DNA of 62,458 bases, filler included, from Basidiobolus ranarum (lineage: Eukaryota), in NCBI GenBank assembly GCA_040143965.1. It is 22 parts of 22 records of this genome, joined end to end, with 100 filler letters (N's around TTAATTAATTAA, not from the genome) between each part and the next. Parts side by side here need not be neighbours in the genome. Positions count along the whole stretch, not along the records: positions 1 to 2,755 come from JASJQH010009880.1; positions 2,856 to 5,608 come from JASJQH010009881.1; positions 5,709 to 8,460 come from JASJQH010009882.1; positions 8,561 to 11,311 come from JASJQH010009883.1; 18 more parts are not named here. One strand, 5' to 3'. This document shows positions 1 through 11,411 of the stretch, one piece after another (position 1 is the stretch's first letter; each line of letters starts with the position of its first letter). The translations under genes and the position numbers were made by a program. The notes below the pieces were generated by a model. That model had not been told where the DNA came from. It ran no database searches and saw nothing but the letters and a program-made list of their open reading frames with translations.

Positions 1-1026
1 CATCTTTCACAATGCTCAGAGATTATAGGCCCTTGCTATACATTCTGGGTGTTCCCAATGGAGCACACCTGTGGTGAAATGATACCGCATGTGAAATTGT
101 CAGCATTACTGTATGCCAATCTGATTAACAATCTATCAGCAGAATCAGTGATGGATGTAATGCAATAGATTGAGGAGACTCCAGAGTATATTAACCTTCC
201 AACAAAGGGCTCTTTTCAATGTGCTCATGGGTTTTTGCATTGTTTAAGCACAATAACAGCAACAAAGCCCAGTCCAAGGACACAGAATAAGTACCTCTAT
301 AGTTTGGACTGATTTGTTGGTGTAGTAATCTGAGAGTATTTCTAGGAAAGCTTCATGAGAGACTTCTTAGTGAGATAAATCAAGATAAGCAGTATTATTA
401 ATTTAGCCATGGGGTAATCTATTCAAGTAATGACACATCTGCTTGTGGCAGGACATTTGTTGACTGCAAGTTGGGCATATATTGACTGAATTCATTATGG
501 AAATTTGGCAAAACCTAAAAGCTAATTCTCATTGTGAATGGTAACAAGAGTCAGCTTTTTGCCAAGTGTTAATGCTATTCAAAATTTTGGATGTTTAGCA
601 ATTTTTCCACCATTAGTTTGCTGGTAAAGCATATTGATGTTGTTAGGTTATGTCTGATCAGACACATATGTGCATATGTAGAGACTAAACACAACAAGAT
701 TCTTATATTTTTTGATTCTCATTATGGCTCAAATACAAAGCCAAAAATATCTAAATAAAGGCATGCATATTGATTTGAATTCCAACAGCAGTAAACCAAG
801 TAATTTGCCATTCAAAAATTGCTGGAAACTAAGAATGCATGCCAAACATGAGGAACAATATTTTAACATGTATATATATCATATAAATACCATCAAGAAA
901 CCACCATCACAACATCAAAATCCCTGGCGGAATGCAGGCCACCAATATTGTGATGGTTCTCTGCCAGTTTTGTGCTTTGGAAGGGAGGATTCAATCCGGA
1001 TCAAATTGATTTTATTTTTACTAGGG
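1..1026 (+). mobile_element. Degenerate CACTA/EnSpm-type DNA transposon: 3' part of transposase plus terminus (end A)
   Basis: Translates to HLSQCSEIIGPCYTFWVFPMEHTCG, matching the CACTA transposase C-terminal H..H....GP....W.FP.ER motif. Ends in TTTTTTTACTAGGG. Near-identical copies at 8561, 28710, 31513, 38780 and reversed at 30945 and 33780. Confidence 0.8.
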
Positions 1027-1189
1027 GTTCAAATATCTCAAAATCCGCTTAACTCCTATGATTTGATCAGATCCATAATTTTGAAGATATTGGCACATAA
1101 CTCCCATGGAATATGAAATATCTGGCTGAGTTCCAACCATCATATACATTAAATTACCAACCATGGATAGATAAGGAAATATCTGGCTA

Positions 1190-2125
1190 TCATTGAATCC
1201 AAAAAATCTGATTTGAGCAATTTTGGGTCAAGTTAAGATTTGTCTTCATTGGGATGGAGACTGGACGGCATTCTTCCATTTTAAAGTTCTTTAGTATATC
1301 TAGTATATACATGGACTGGTTTAAAGTTGTTGCTTTGGTAGTTCTATCAATTTTCATTTGGATTCCAAGATAGTATGTCAGTTCACCAAGATCAGTCATT
1401 TTGAATTCTGCCAATAGGCTTGATTTGGTTTTCTCCAAAGTGTTCAGGTCATTGGTTGCTATAATAAGGTCATCTTCATATAAGAATAATAAACTGGTTT
1501 TGTCTTATCTGCCCTATAGTAGATACTATAGTAAGCATTACTCTTTTGAAATTTGAATTGTTTCCAAAGAAGCATCTATCTTGCTATTTCAAGATCTTGG
1601 AGAATGTTTTAAGCTGTAGAGTGTTTTCTGCAGTCTTCAAGCTTTTTTGGGGATATCTGGGTCCACAAATCCATCTGCCTAGCTCATATAGAGCTGCTTA
1701 GCAAGCTCCCCACTCAAGAAAGCAGCTTTAACATCCATTTGAGGTATAATATTGTGATATTTAGCTGAAATTGTAAAATCAATTTAATTGAATTAAACTT
1801 TGCTACTGGAGCAAAAGTTTCTGCATAATCTATTCCTGGTATTTGAGCATAGCCATTGGCCACTAGTACAGCCTTGTACTATTCTATGCTGTCATCAGAG
1901 TTGTATTAAACTTTTTAACACCCATTCGCAGCCAATTGACTTTCTATCATTAGGTAAGTTGCTTAAAGTCCAAGTTTGAGTAGCAATCAAAGCCTGGTAC
2001 TCATCAGCCATTGCAGATCTCCAAAATTTTGTGTGATGGCCATTCAGGGCCTCTTTTACAGTTTGTGGTTCATAAATTTGAGCTACACAAGCATAGGCCC
2101 AATTTTAGGACTCATTAATAGAGTA
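1190..2125 (-). mobile_element. Ty1/Copia reverse transcriptase remnant (pseudogenised)
   Basis: FKMTDLGELTYYLGIQ and upstream [22 protein letters not shown] motifs; many stops and frameshifts. Confidence 0.9.
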
Positions 2126-2127
2126 AT

Positions 2128-2397
2128 TGTTGAAATTAGCATTGCCTAAACACCTATATAGTCATATACAGCTTAGTACTCAGTTATCTTATAATTCTCT
2201 AAGATAGTATCCATTATTCTTACTTGGAGTTGACTTAGAATACTTTTACCTACTTGAAAGTTCTCAGATATATAGATTCTTCAAGTTTGTGCTAGAAGCC
2301 CCACATTTGGCTTGCATGTTCCTGGGACCTTCCTTAACACATTCTACACATCAGTTTATCTACACCTTGACAAAACTATAAATGTCAACTTTTGATG
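2128..2397 (+). repeat. LTR-like repeat, family E (starts TGTTGAAATTAGCATTGCC)
   Basis: Copies at 5134-5376 (reverse), ~11238, ~36477 and ~39543. TG...CA-type ends with a TGTTGAA inverted terminal motif. The 3' end here is decayed, so the end coordinate is approximate. Confidence 0.7.
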
Positions 2398-2432
2398 CAA
2401 TAATTCAATCAGTGAAAACCACCAATTCCTCT

Positions 2433-2749
2433 TGTTGGAGGATCTTGACATAATGGGGGTAGACTTTGAGTATTAGAAACAACTTATGATAGTATGCTTT
2501 AGTTACTTTATTCTTAAGAATATATGGTGACTTATTTAGTAGAAAAGTAAATTAATTGTTTGAGATATTCAGGAGTTGGTGTAATAAGATATAACCAATA
2601 AGTGGGGGTAATAAGACATACTTGTTATATAGATATAGAGATACTCCTATTTAGAATATAGGGGCTATAGATACATTGCTTTCTGTTTCTGATATATGTA
2701 TCAAAACTAAAGTTAACTATGATGTTGAATAAAGATTAATTATCCAACA
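2433..2749 (-). repeat. Copia LTR, family C
   Basis: TGTTGG...CCAACA ends; reverse complement of the 3' LTR at 6691-7007; also at 46655-46969. Confidence 0.85.
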
Positions 2750-2755
2750 GAAATT

Positions 2756-2855
2756 NNNNNNNNNNNNNNNNNNNNNNNNNNNNNNNNNNNNNNNNNNNNT
2801 TAATTAATTAANNNNNNNNNNNNNNNNNNNNNNNNNNNNNNNNNNNNNNNNNNNN
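2756..2855. other. Artificial contig spacer (44 N + TTAATTAATTAA + 44 N), first of 21 identical spacers
   Basis: The same 100-bp spacer recurs every ~2.85 kb (5609, 8461, 11312, 14163, 17013, 19862, 22710, 25556, 28402, 31247, 34091, 36934, 39776, 42616, 45455, 48291, 51126, 53960, 56793, 59626). The 12-mer puts stops in all six frames, and contig lengths never increase along the window. Confidence 0.98.
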
Positions 2856-2921
2856 AATATACAATAGAGTCAAAAAGAAAAAGTTGCATGTAAATGCTTA
2901 AATTAGGAACCATGATTTTAT

Positions 2922-3500
2922 CTATACGGCAGGACAGCTGGAACACTTGCAGTCATCACCACAACAGCACTTGCCCTTCTTAGCATCGCATGATTCACAC
3001 TTGCAATCTTCGCCACAGCAGCATTTGCTTTCCTTGGCTTGCTCGCATTTGCAGTCAGCTCCGCATTCACACTTGTCACCACAGGTGCACTTGTTCTTCA
3101 CTTGCTCACATTTGCAGTCAGCTCCACATTCACACTTGTCGCCACAGGTGCAGTTGGTCTTCTTGGCTTTTTCGCATTTGCAGTCAGCTCCACATTCACA
3201 CTTGTCACCACAAGTGCAGTTGGTCTTCTTGACTTTTTCGCATTTGCAGTCGGCTCCACAGTCACACTTGTCACCACAGGTGCAAGTGGATTGCTTCTTT
3301 CCTTGGCAGTTGGTGCACTTGCAGTCACTTCCGCATTGGCAAGCTGGAACTTCAACAGTCTTGGCACACTCACACTTGACACAAGTGCAGTTATCCTTGC
3401 AAGAGCAAGATTGCTTCACTTCGACCTTTTGGCACTTGCATTGTTCGCACTGGCAGTTCTCACCACAGCAGCAGATCTTTACGGTTTGTTGAGAGGACAT
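2922..3500 (-). CDS. Very long modular metallothionein (192 aa, 54 Cys)
   Basis: Nine Cys clusters (CxC, CCC, CxxC), including four near-identical CTCGDKC(D/E)CGADCKC units. No aromatic residues or His. TATA-like TATATAAAAG ~60 bp upstream. Intronless ORF from ATG to stop. Confidence 0.9.
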   Translation of the reverse strand: MSSQQTVKICCCGENCQCEQCKCQKVEVKQSCSCKDNCTCVKCECAKTVEVPACQCGSDCKCTNCQGKKQSTCTCGDKCDCGADCKCEKVKKTNCTCGDKCECGADCKCEKAKKTNCTCGDKCECGADCKCEQVKNKCTCGDKCECGADCKCEQAKESKCCCGEDCKCESCDAKKGKCCCGDDCKCSSCPAV

Positions 3501-3981
3501 TGTTAAAAGTTAATTGAAAATTATTGAATGATAAAGGTACACGTATATGTGTGTCTCTTTTATATATCTTCATGCTAACTGTTATCATGCGTTCTGAATG
3601 CACTGGGGCGAATTTCTTCGTCATCAAAATAGAGCCAATAGCGTAAGTCACTCAGTTGATTTTAATTGATTAACCAATAAAACAGTGATGAAATGATATT
3701 CGCACCTTTCATTGGATAGAGTATTATCATTTAACTCTGAATGGTCAAGTTCTATCGGTTCAATAGATCTATTGTGGCGGGTGATTGCGTAAGCTCGCTG
3801 ATTTTGTCTCACATTCAACGGTTGGATATATATGGAATTTATGATAGCTCCTCTAAGATTAAACCAATTATGAATATGAAATACAATGTAATGATTTTTC
3901 AAGAATTTATTGTATAATTTCAATTGAATTTACAAATTTACGAAAGAGTAAGGATAACGATAACAAGAGCTTGTGACAATT

Positions 3982-4260
3982 CTAACAGTTACAAGTATCA
4001 CCACAATTACATTTGTCACCACAAGAGCATCCAGCACGTTTACAGGAAGCCTTCTTTCCGCCACAATTGGTACATTTACAATTTTCACCACAAGAGCAAG
4101 CAGGTACTTCGAATTTCTTGGCGCATTTACAATCAGCGCAGGTACAATTTTCCTTACAGCTACAGGTAAGTTTAGTCTCCACTTTCTTACAGTTACAATC
4201 GGCACATTGACAATTTTCGCCACAGCAGCAAAGTTTCTTGGTTTCTCCGATGGATGCCAT
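3982..4260 (-). CDS. Metallothionein (92 aa, 25 Cys), tandem paralog of 2922-3500
   Basis: Colinear with the first four Cys clusters of the long MT (CCCGENCQC...EVPAC.CG..CKCTNC.GKK); TATA-like TATATAAAG near 4335-4342. Confidence 0.9.
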   Translation of the reverse strand: MASIGETKKLCCCGENCQCADCNCKKVETKLTCSCKENCTCADCKCAKKFEVPACSCGENCKCTNCGGKKASCKRAGCSCGDKCNCGDTCNC

Positions 4261-5133
4261 ATTGTTCGTTAGAGTACTTGATGTATGAGGAGGACAAAGG
4301 TGAATGAATTTCTGAACTGTTGTACACTCTACTCTTTATATAGTTGAATTTCTGTCGACTTTATGTATTACTTGGACTAATGACTGGCTTGGTGCCTCTT
4401 CACCAATAGCAAAATTCACTTGATGATGTGGTGTATTATTCCCGTCTAAAGCCTATCCAATGGCAAAACTAACTCCAATCAGTGGATTGGACCATTCCTT
4501 ATGTGACGTGACATAACGAAGCACTCCTATGATTTGCTAAACATAGTAAGGGTTGATTTGCAGAAACAATCCAGTGAGGGGAAGAAGGGTTTCTTGATAA
4601 GTAACTAAGAATAGGGCGATATTGGAGTCAGGTGGTGATGATTGAATTAGAACCATCAATTGAAATTGGGGTATTATGGTTCTCAATACAATTAAAACCT
4701 AGACTACAACTAAAATATGTTTCATAGAATTCATGTCGCACTTTATCATGTGTATAGCATGGATACAGAGGATTAAATGATACGGAATATGTACACTGTG
4801 ATTGGAAAGGTACACAACGGTAGATAAATGAAATTGCATCTCATATATATTTTAATATTTACAGTCATGAATTGTAGTATTTGCACATGTATGATTTAGT
4901 TATCAGGCAAGTCCTAAGCTGTAGAAAGGATTGCTATTCTTGCGAGAACTATCATTTGGAAGCTCTTATAGTTACATACGTAGATATAGTGATAATAATA
5001 TTCAAAAACCTAGATCACATTCATTCCACCTCAATTCCTCTTATTATTTTATCAAAAACCTTGTTAACGTGAAAGTGTTGGAAGTGGTTTGGGGAACTAG
5101 AAGAATTGGCGGTTTTCACTTATTGATTTATTG

Positions 5134-5376
5134 AGTTGAAAGTTGACATTTATAGTTTTGTCAAGATATAAACAAACAAACGTGTAGAATGTGTTAAGGA
5201 AGATCCTAGGAACATGTGTGCTATGTTTGGGGCTTCTAGCATAAGTTAGCAAAATTCATTTATCTGAGAACTTGTAAGTAAATTCCTCCTGAGGTGATAT
5301 CGTAGTTTAATATAGAATAACTAAATACTAAGCTACATATGACTATACAGGAGCTTAGGCTGTGCTTACTTCAACA
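5134..5376 (-). repeat. LTR-like repeat family E, reverse copy
   Basis: Diverged reverse complement of 2128-2397; ends TTCAACA. Confidence 0.65.
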
Positions 5377-5708
5377 GTTAGCTCCATGTTAGATGTTCTC
5401 CCTGAGGTTCGAACTATTCAGGGTGAATTGAAAGTTCAAGTTAAAGCAACATATAATCTCTCCATTTTCAGTTCATTGACTTTGGTGAAATGTCCAATGA
5501 ACAAACATTGTGTCTACTAAGGTTATTATATAAAGTTCATATGTATATCTCTGGTATTTCCACGCTAGTAACCAGTTGCTTATTAGAATGTTTGATAACT
5601 TCAGGCCTNNNNNNNNNNNNNNNNNNNNNNNNNNNNNNNNNNNNNNNNNNNNTTAATTAATTAANNNNNNNNNNNNNNNNNNNNNNNNNNNNNNNNNNNN
5701 NNNNNNNN

Positions 5709-5964
5709 TTAGCGTTCATGTGGTAATTGTGTAAAATTTGAGTTACGTTTTTTGCACATGTGTTGATCCATAGTTCTCTGAGATTTTAGCCAACCATTTG
5801 CAACTATCTTGCAAGATCGTGAAACTTCACTCCTGAAACTGAAAAAATTGATTAAAATCAAATCTAACTTGACGTTTTTATGACAGTAAGTAAACGGTCA
5901 ACCCCAAATGGATCAAAATTGTGACGGTTTTCCTACAATAACAATCCTCAAATTTCTGTTAGGG
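5709..5964 (+). mobile_element. CACTA-type element, other terminus (end B), abutting a Copia pol fragment
   Basis: About 250 bp ending CAAATTTCTGTTAGGG; copies at 28502-28709, 30510-30772 and 31347-31512. Confidence 0.75.
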
Positions 5965-7007
5965 ATATTGGAATCATGAAACATATTCCTTAACATGTTG
6001 CAGTTGAAAGTCTCATGTATATGCAACAACTGGTACTAGGCCTGATATTGCTACAGCAGTAAGCATAGTGAGCAAATACATGGAAAATCCTGCAATGGAA
6101 CAATGGATAGCTGTGAAACAGATAATATGCTATCTGAAAGGAACAATACATGATGCAATTCAATTTAGTTAGCAGCACAACATGTCATTTATTTTGGAAG
6201 GATATGCTGATGCAGACTTGGCTAACAATACCAAAGACCATAAGTCCAGAACTGGACATGTGTTTAAGCTAGCAGGTGGGCCAATCAGCGCTATTAGCAA
6301 GAAACAACAAACTCTTCCATTATCAACTAAAGAAGCAGAATATATGGCAAGCTCTATGGCTGTTCAAGAAGCTATATAGCTAAGGAGTCTTCTCAAGGAA
6401 CTAAGATAAGATCAAGTTAATCCTACCCCAATACATCAAGATAGTATTAGTTGTATTCAGATCACCAAAAATCCTGAGCATCACTCAAGGATGAAACATA
6501 TTGACATAGGACATCATTTTATATGAGAGAAAGTTCAAGACAAAGAAGTGAACCTAATTTATTGTAATACCTAAAACATGTTTGCAGATATACTAACAAA
6601 ACCACTCAAAACTTCACGCTTTGAGAAGTTAACGGCAGGAATAGGCATTAGTGAATATAAGCACAATGCTGAATAAGAATTAAGGGAAGGTGTTGGATAT
6701 TTAATCTTTATTCAACATGATAGTTAACTTTAGTTATGCTACATATATCAGTAACAGAAAGTAATGTATATATAGCCTCTATATTTTAAATAGGAATATC
6801 TCTTTATCTATATAACAAGTATGTCTTATTACCACCACTTATCTATTATATCTTATTACAGAAACTTCTGAATATCTCAAACAATTGATTTACTTTTTTA
6901 CTATATAAGTCACCATATACTCTTAAGAAAAAAGTTACTAAAACACACTATCATAATTTGCTTATAATACTCAAAGTCTATCCCCATTATGTCAAGATCA
7001 TCCAACA
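5965..7007 (+). mobile_element. Copia 3' end: RT/RNase H remnant, polypurine tract and 3' LTR (6691-7007)
   Basis: EGYADADLA...SRTGHVF...LSTKEAEYMA and MKHIDIGHHFI motifs; AAGGGAAGG immediately precedes TGTTGG; LTR ends CCAACA. Confidence 0.93.
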
Positions 7008-7009
7008 CC

Positions 7010-7430
7010 TTTTATGCTATGTGGTTAGGGAAGTTATTTACTGACTTAGGATACATGCTAAAACATGCTACTCTTGTATTTGAAGATAATCAATGTTATG
7101 TTTCTTTAGCAAAAACCCGCATTTCATGCCACAACAAATCAAATAGATATTAGGTATCATTTTGTTAGAGAACCAATGGAGAATGATATAAATGAGCTTG
7201 TCTGTTGCCCTACTGGAGAAAAGATTGCTGACATTGTAAGCAAGCCTTAAGCTAAGCACAACTTATATTATTAGGATATAGGTTAAGTTGAAGAGAAATA
7301 CAAAAAAATTAGTTGAGTGGAAATGTTGTAAATAGATCAATAGCAGCACATTTTTTAATAGTTAGTTCAGTCATGTTCTGCTTATTTAGCACTCAATTCC
7401 GCCATTAAAAAATGTGTGATTAATGCTCAC
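7010..7430 (+). mobile_element. Second Copia family: RNase H remnant, PPT and start of LTR family D
   Basis: VFEDNQ...IDIRYHFVRE...CPTGEKIADI motifs; AGTTGAGTGGAAA then TGTTG; similar LTR sequence at ~25656, 27886-28236 (reverse) and 59726-59810 (reverse). Confidence 0.8.
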
Positions 7431-7519
7431 AGATATATCAAGCAGATCATTATTACCAATCTTACTGTAAATCAGTCTTGATATGCTGTAGAGTTATACA
7501 GACTTCTAGTAAAACTCCT

Positions 7520-8460
7520 ACCTGTCAGATATTATGCTGTAGTAATTTATTCCACCTAAACGTTTTGAGATAAATTTTGTACATTTATGAAAGATCTTGC
7601 CATTTGTATTACAGTCCTGTTAGCTGCTTTAACAACTTCATTTTGTCAAGGTGCATTGGGGGCAGTGGTCTCTTGCTTAATTTCATGAACATTGCAAAAG
7701 TGATTAAATAGTGTTGAAATAGATTCTCCTTCATCATCAGTTCTTATGTTCTTGTGCCTAGTTCCAGTTTCAGTCTCCACAAATGTTTTAAAATCTCTGA
7801 AGATAGAGAGAGCTTATTGATTTCTGTCCATTAAGTAGACCCATGTATATCTTGTATCATTTTCAAATAATATGATTACATATCTTTTTCTGCCTATAGA
7901 TAAATTTTGCAAAGGACCACACATATCTGAACAAATTAGATCCAATTTTTTGACAAATTTGATTAAACCAGAGTTCTTGAATGGCTGGCTAGCTTGTTTT
8001 CCATATATAACCCTTACAAATTTCCATTTTGGTTGAGAGGCTAATGTGATTTCCCAAAATCAGGCAAGTTTTGAGCACTTTGCTCAAATAATCAAATCTA
8101 ATACAGCTATATCTCTTGTGACATAATTGAATAGTTTCTTGGTTGAATTAACTTATATTTATACATAAACCTCCTGAATTATATGTAAGTTTGTATTAGT
8201 ACTGATCCTATTCTCCCAAAGCTAAATAATACCCACTTTGATCAGTGAAGGTGTATCCTAACTTATCAAGATTTTTAGCCCTTCTGAGGTAGCCTTGCAA
8301 ACAGATATTAAGTTCTTGGCAATATCTGGAACATGTAGTATATCATTAAAAGTACACACTTTCTCTGCAGAAGCTCTAATTAAACTGACTTGAATTGTTC
8401 CCATTCTAATGGCATCCAATGGACAGTTATCCCCCATGAGAACCTTTCTAATTGGGATTT
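7520..8460 (-). mobile_element. Copia protease/integrase remnant
   Basis: ILHVPDIAKNLISV, LDLICSDMCGP and IRTDDEGE motifs; frameshifted. Confidence 0.85.
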
Positions 8461-9491
8461 NNNNNNNNNNNNNNNNNNNNNNNNNNNNNNNNNNNNNNNN
8501 NNNNTTAATTAATTAANNNNNNNNNNNNNNNNNNNNNNNNNNNNNNNNNNNNNNNNNNNNTGCTGGTATTCAATACATTCCCTGCTGCATCTTTCACAAT
8601 GCTTAGAGATTATAGGCCCTTGCTATACATTCTGGGAGTTCCCAATGGAGCACACCTGTGGTGAAATGATGTTCCATGTGAAATTGTCAGCTTAACTGTA
8701 TGCTAATCTGTTTAACAATATATCAGCAAAATCAGTGATGGATGTAATGCAATGGGTTAAGGAGACTACAGAGTATATTAATCTGCTAACAAAGGGCTCT
8801 TTTCAATGTGCTCATTGGTTTTTGCATTGTTTGAGCACAATAACAGCAACAAAGCCTAACCCATGGACACAGGGTAAGTACCTATATAATTGGACTAATT
8901 TGCTTGTGTGATAATATGATGGTACTTTTAGGAAAGCTGCAAGACAGACTTCTTGGTGAGATAGATGGAGATACACATTATTATCATTTTAGTGATGGGG
9001 TAATCTATTAAAGCAATGACACATCTAGTTGTGGCAAGACATTTGTTGACTGCAAGTTGGTGATATATTGGCCAAATTCTTTATGGAAATTTGCCAAAAT
9101 CCAAGAGCTTATTCTCATTGTGAACAGTAACAAAAGTCAGCTATTTGCCAAGTGTCAGTGCTATTCAAAATTTCAGATGTTTAGCAATTTTTCCACCATT
9201 AGTTTGCTGGGAAAGCATATTGATGTTGGTGAGTTATGTCTAATCAGTCAAGTATATGCATATGTAGAGACTAAACACAATGAGATTCTTGTATTTTTTG
9301 ATTCTGATTATGGCAGGAATACAAAACCTAAAATATATAAATAAAGGCATGCATATTAATTTGAATCCCTACAGCAGTAAACCCAGTAATTTGCCATTTG
9401 AAAATTATTTTTTTGCATAAATTGCCAGATATTGAAAAATGCATGCCAAATTTGAGGATTACTATTTTAACATGTACAAATACCAACAAAA

Positions 9492-9772
9492 TGTTGAAAG
9501 TCTGGTGACTTGTGGTACAAGCAGTAACTCCCAAAGAGGAAAATATGGAGTATGGTGACTGCATCAAACACAAAGTCTAAGACCAATCAGTTGCTTGTAT
9601 AGCTGAAATGCCAAAGTACCATACATTGACAGACTAGGTTAAGGTTCCCTAGCAATATAGGCATAGCATACAAGGACTGGTAGCTCAGTGGTTAGAGCAC
9701 ATTGCTAGAGTGAAGGAGGCCACAGGTTCAAATCCTGGCCAGACCAATATTTCTCCCTAAATAATTTCAACA
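9492..9772. mobile_element. 281-bp solo-LTR-like insertion with 5-bp target-site duplication CAAAA
   Basis: Ends TGTTGAAA...TTTCAACA (perfect 8-bp inverted repeat); CAAAA at 9487-9491 and 9773-9777; absent from the other copies of the host CACTA sequence. Confidence 0.88.
9674..9746 (+). tRNA. tRNA-like sequence (probable pseudo-tRNA) inside the solo LTR; isotype unresolved
   Basis: 73 nt. Acceptor GGACTGG/CCAGACC (6/7 pairs), D arm GCTC/GAGC with A box TAGCTCAGTGG, T arm ACAGG-TTCAAAT-CCTGG with B box. Anticodon stem has only 3/5 pairs; loop CTAGAGT (AGA at the anticodon position) but no long variable arm. Confidence 0.7.
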
Positions 9773-9967
9773 CAAAATACAATCAAGAAACCATCATCAC
9801 ACCATCAAAATCCCTGGCAGAATGCAAGCCATCAATATTGTGATGGTTGTCTGACAGTTTTGCTATTTTGGAGGGTGGATGCAATCTGGATCAAATCAAT
9901 TTTATTTTTGTTAGGGTGTTCCTGGCCAGAATGCCTTGGCCAAATATAATGCCATCATAGTATACTA

Positions 9968-10147
9968 GACTTGTTCCATTGTGCCAGGATTTATTGGATC
10001 TTGGATCAAAGTATTAGAGTAAATGTTATTGAAATTGATCATGCCAGAGGGTGATGGATAGTGCCAAATTGTGCCGCATAAATTTTAGAATACTTTATCC
10101 AATATGATATATATAGCACAATCTGACACTATCACAGAGAACAAGTC
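9968..10147. mobile_element. MITE-like element with 9-bp TIR GACTTGTTC
   Basis: GACTTGTTC at 9968 and GAACAAGTC at 10139-10147; the same left end (TA-GACTTGTTCCAT) interrupts a Copia RT at 45276. Confidence 0.55.
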
Positions 10148-10290
10148 CAATGTAGCTAGATCCGGATTTAATCAATAGGTTAGTAATCAGTGGATGAGTC
10201 ATTACTTATCTGATCTATCAGTTTAAATATATATACAGCAGTATCTCCCCTAATATACTTCAGTCCAGTTTTTGTGAATATAAAACTAGC

Positions 10291-10824
10291 TGCCATGATT
10301 GTGATCTTGGCATTCTCATCCACCACAAATAGAATTTGTCTATTATTAGATTATGAAATCATATCTGCTCTGGCACCCTTTCTTGGCACTCTTGTGCTAG
10401 TTTAACCATGTTACCTCATATCAAAGTCACATTCTTTGGAACATTCTTTGTAACCTAAACAATCATAACATGCCTCAGATAGTTTACATGCACCAAGGCC
10501 TTCCTTAGAAGGTCACTGGATCATCCTTACTTTATCCCTCTTTGTATTGATCATGATGGTCCCCAACATCCCAACACTTGAACATGCCACAGTTAATTTC
10601 CTATTCAGTACATTATGTTTCATCCTGTAATATTTATATAAGCTCTCTGTTTTCCTTGATCAGACCTTGGTCAGATCAACACCAGTTATCAATAAAGGTT
10701 CTTGTTAATGTATCTTCCCTGTCCTGTCTTGTCTTTTCTTGCCTATAGTCTACACCCAAGTACTCCCCTGGCTTCTAGTCTATTGTCATTGCTTCCAGTC
10801 CTTGTCCATTTTCTTATTGTGACA
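10291..10824 (+). repeat. Gypsy LTR, family F
   Basis: TG...CTTATTGTGACA; homologous to the 3' LTR at 43844-44379 and the partial copy ending at 53588. Confidence 0.85.
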
Positions 10825-11411
10825 GTTTGATCAGACTATCTACACTTGCCTGTAGACCTCTCTTCATCCCTGTTCTCTAACCTTTCAACCCCCCAAGATT
10901 GGCTTCCCTCTTAATACCCATCTTTCCCAAACTTCCCTGCTGAGGCAAAGGTCCCTTCCACATTTGGATAGTTGCTCTAAGTGTATCCTTGTCTAGACAC
11001 TATTGGTTGAGGTTACAGTAGTTTTAGATCAAATAAGCTTTAGTACTAGATCAAGATCTAAGGACATTGATGCCAGCATATTCTTTTGTCAAGGTGCCAA
11101 TCATTTTTTCAACAGAAAGTTGCACATTGCATTGTGGTTATCATTCCTAGAGAAACTTGTGATTTAAAAACTTCCCCCTTGCAGCATAGTAAGTATTTTG
11201 TCTACACCAGCTCACACAATAAAAAATATCATGCATGTGTTGAAATTAGCATTGCCTAAACACCTATATAGTGATATATAGCTTAGTACTTAGTTATCTT
11301 ATAATTCACTANNNNNNNNNNNNNNNNNNNNNNNNNNNNNNNNNNNNNNNNNNNNTTAATTAATTAANNNNNNNNNNNNNNNNNNNNNNNNNNNNNNNNN
11401 NNNNNNNNNNN

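Larger units (their letters stand above)
8561..9916 (+). mobile_element. CACTA-type transposase 3' region and end A, interrupted by a solo LTR
   Basis: SIHSLLHLSQCLEIIGPCYTFWEFPMEHTCG; terminus TTTTTGTTAGGG at 9916. Confidence 0.85.

Noticed and set aside
712-1116. Short ORFs within the recurring repeat (also 9057, 29334, 32106, 33842, 39254) as a novel gene family
   Set aside because: They are pieces of the decayed CACTA transposase or its terminal region, with stops at different positions in each copy.
2947-4272. Alternative-frame and antisense ORFs over the metallothioneins
   Set aside because: These are shadows of the repetitive Cys/Lys codons; only the Cys-rich frame has ATG, TATA and paralog support.
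9674-9746. Functional tRNA-Ser(AGA)
   Set aside because: The anticodon stem is mispaired, the long variable arm is absent, there is no T4 terminator directly downstream, and it lies inside a mobile insertion.
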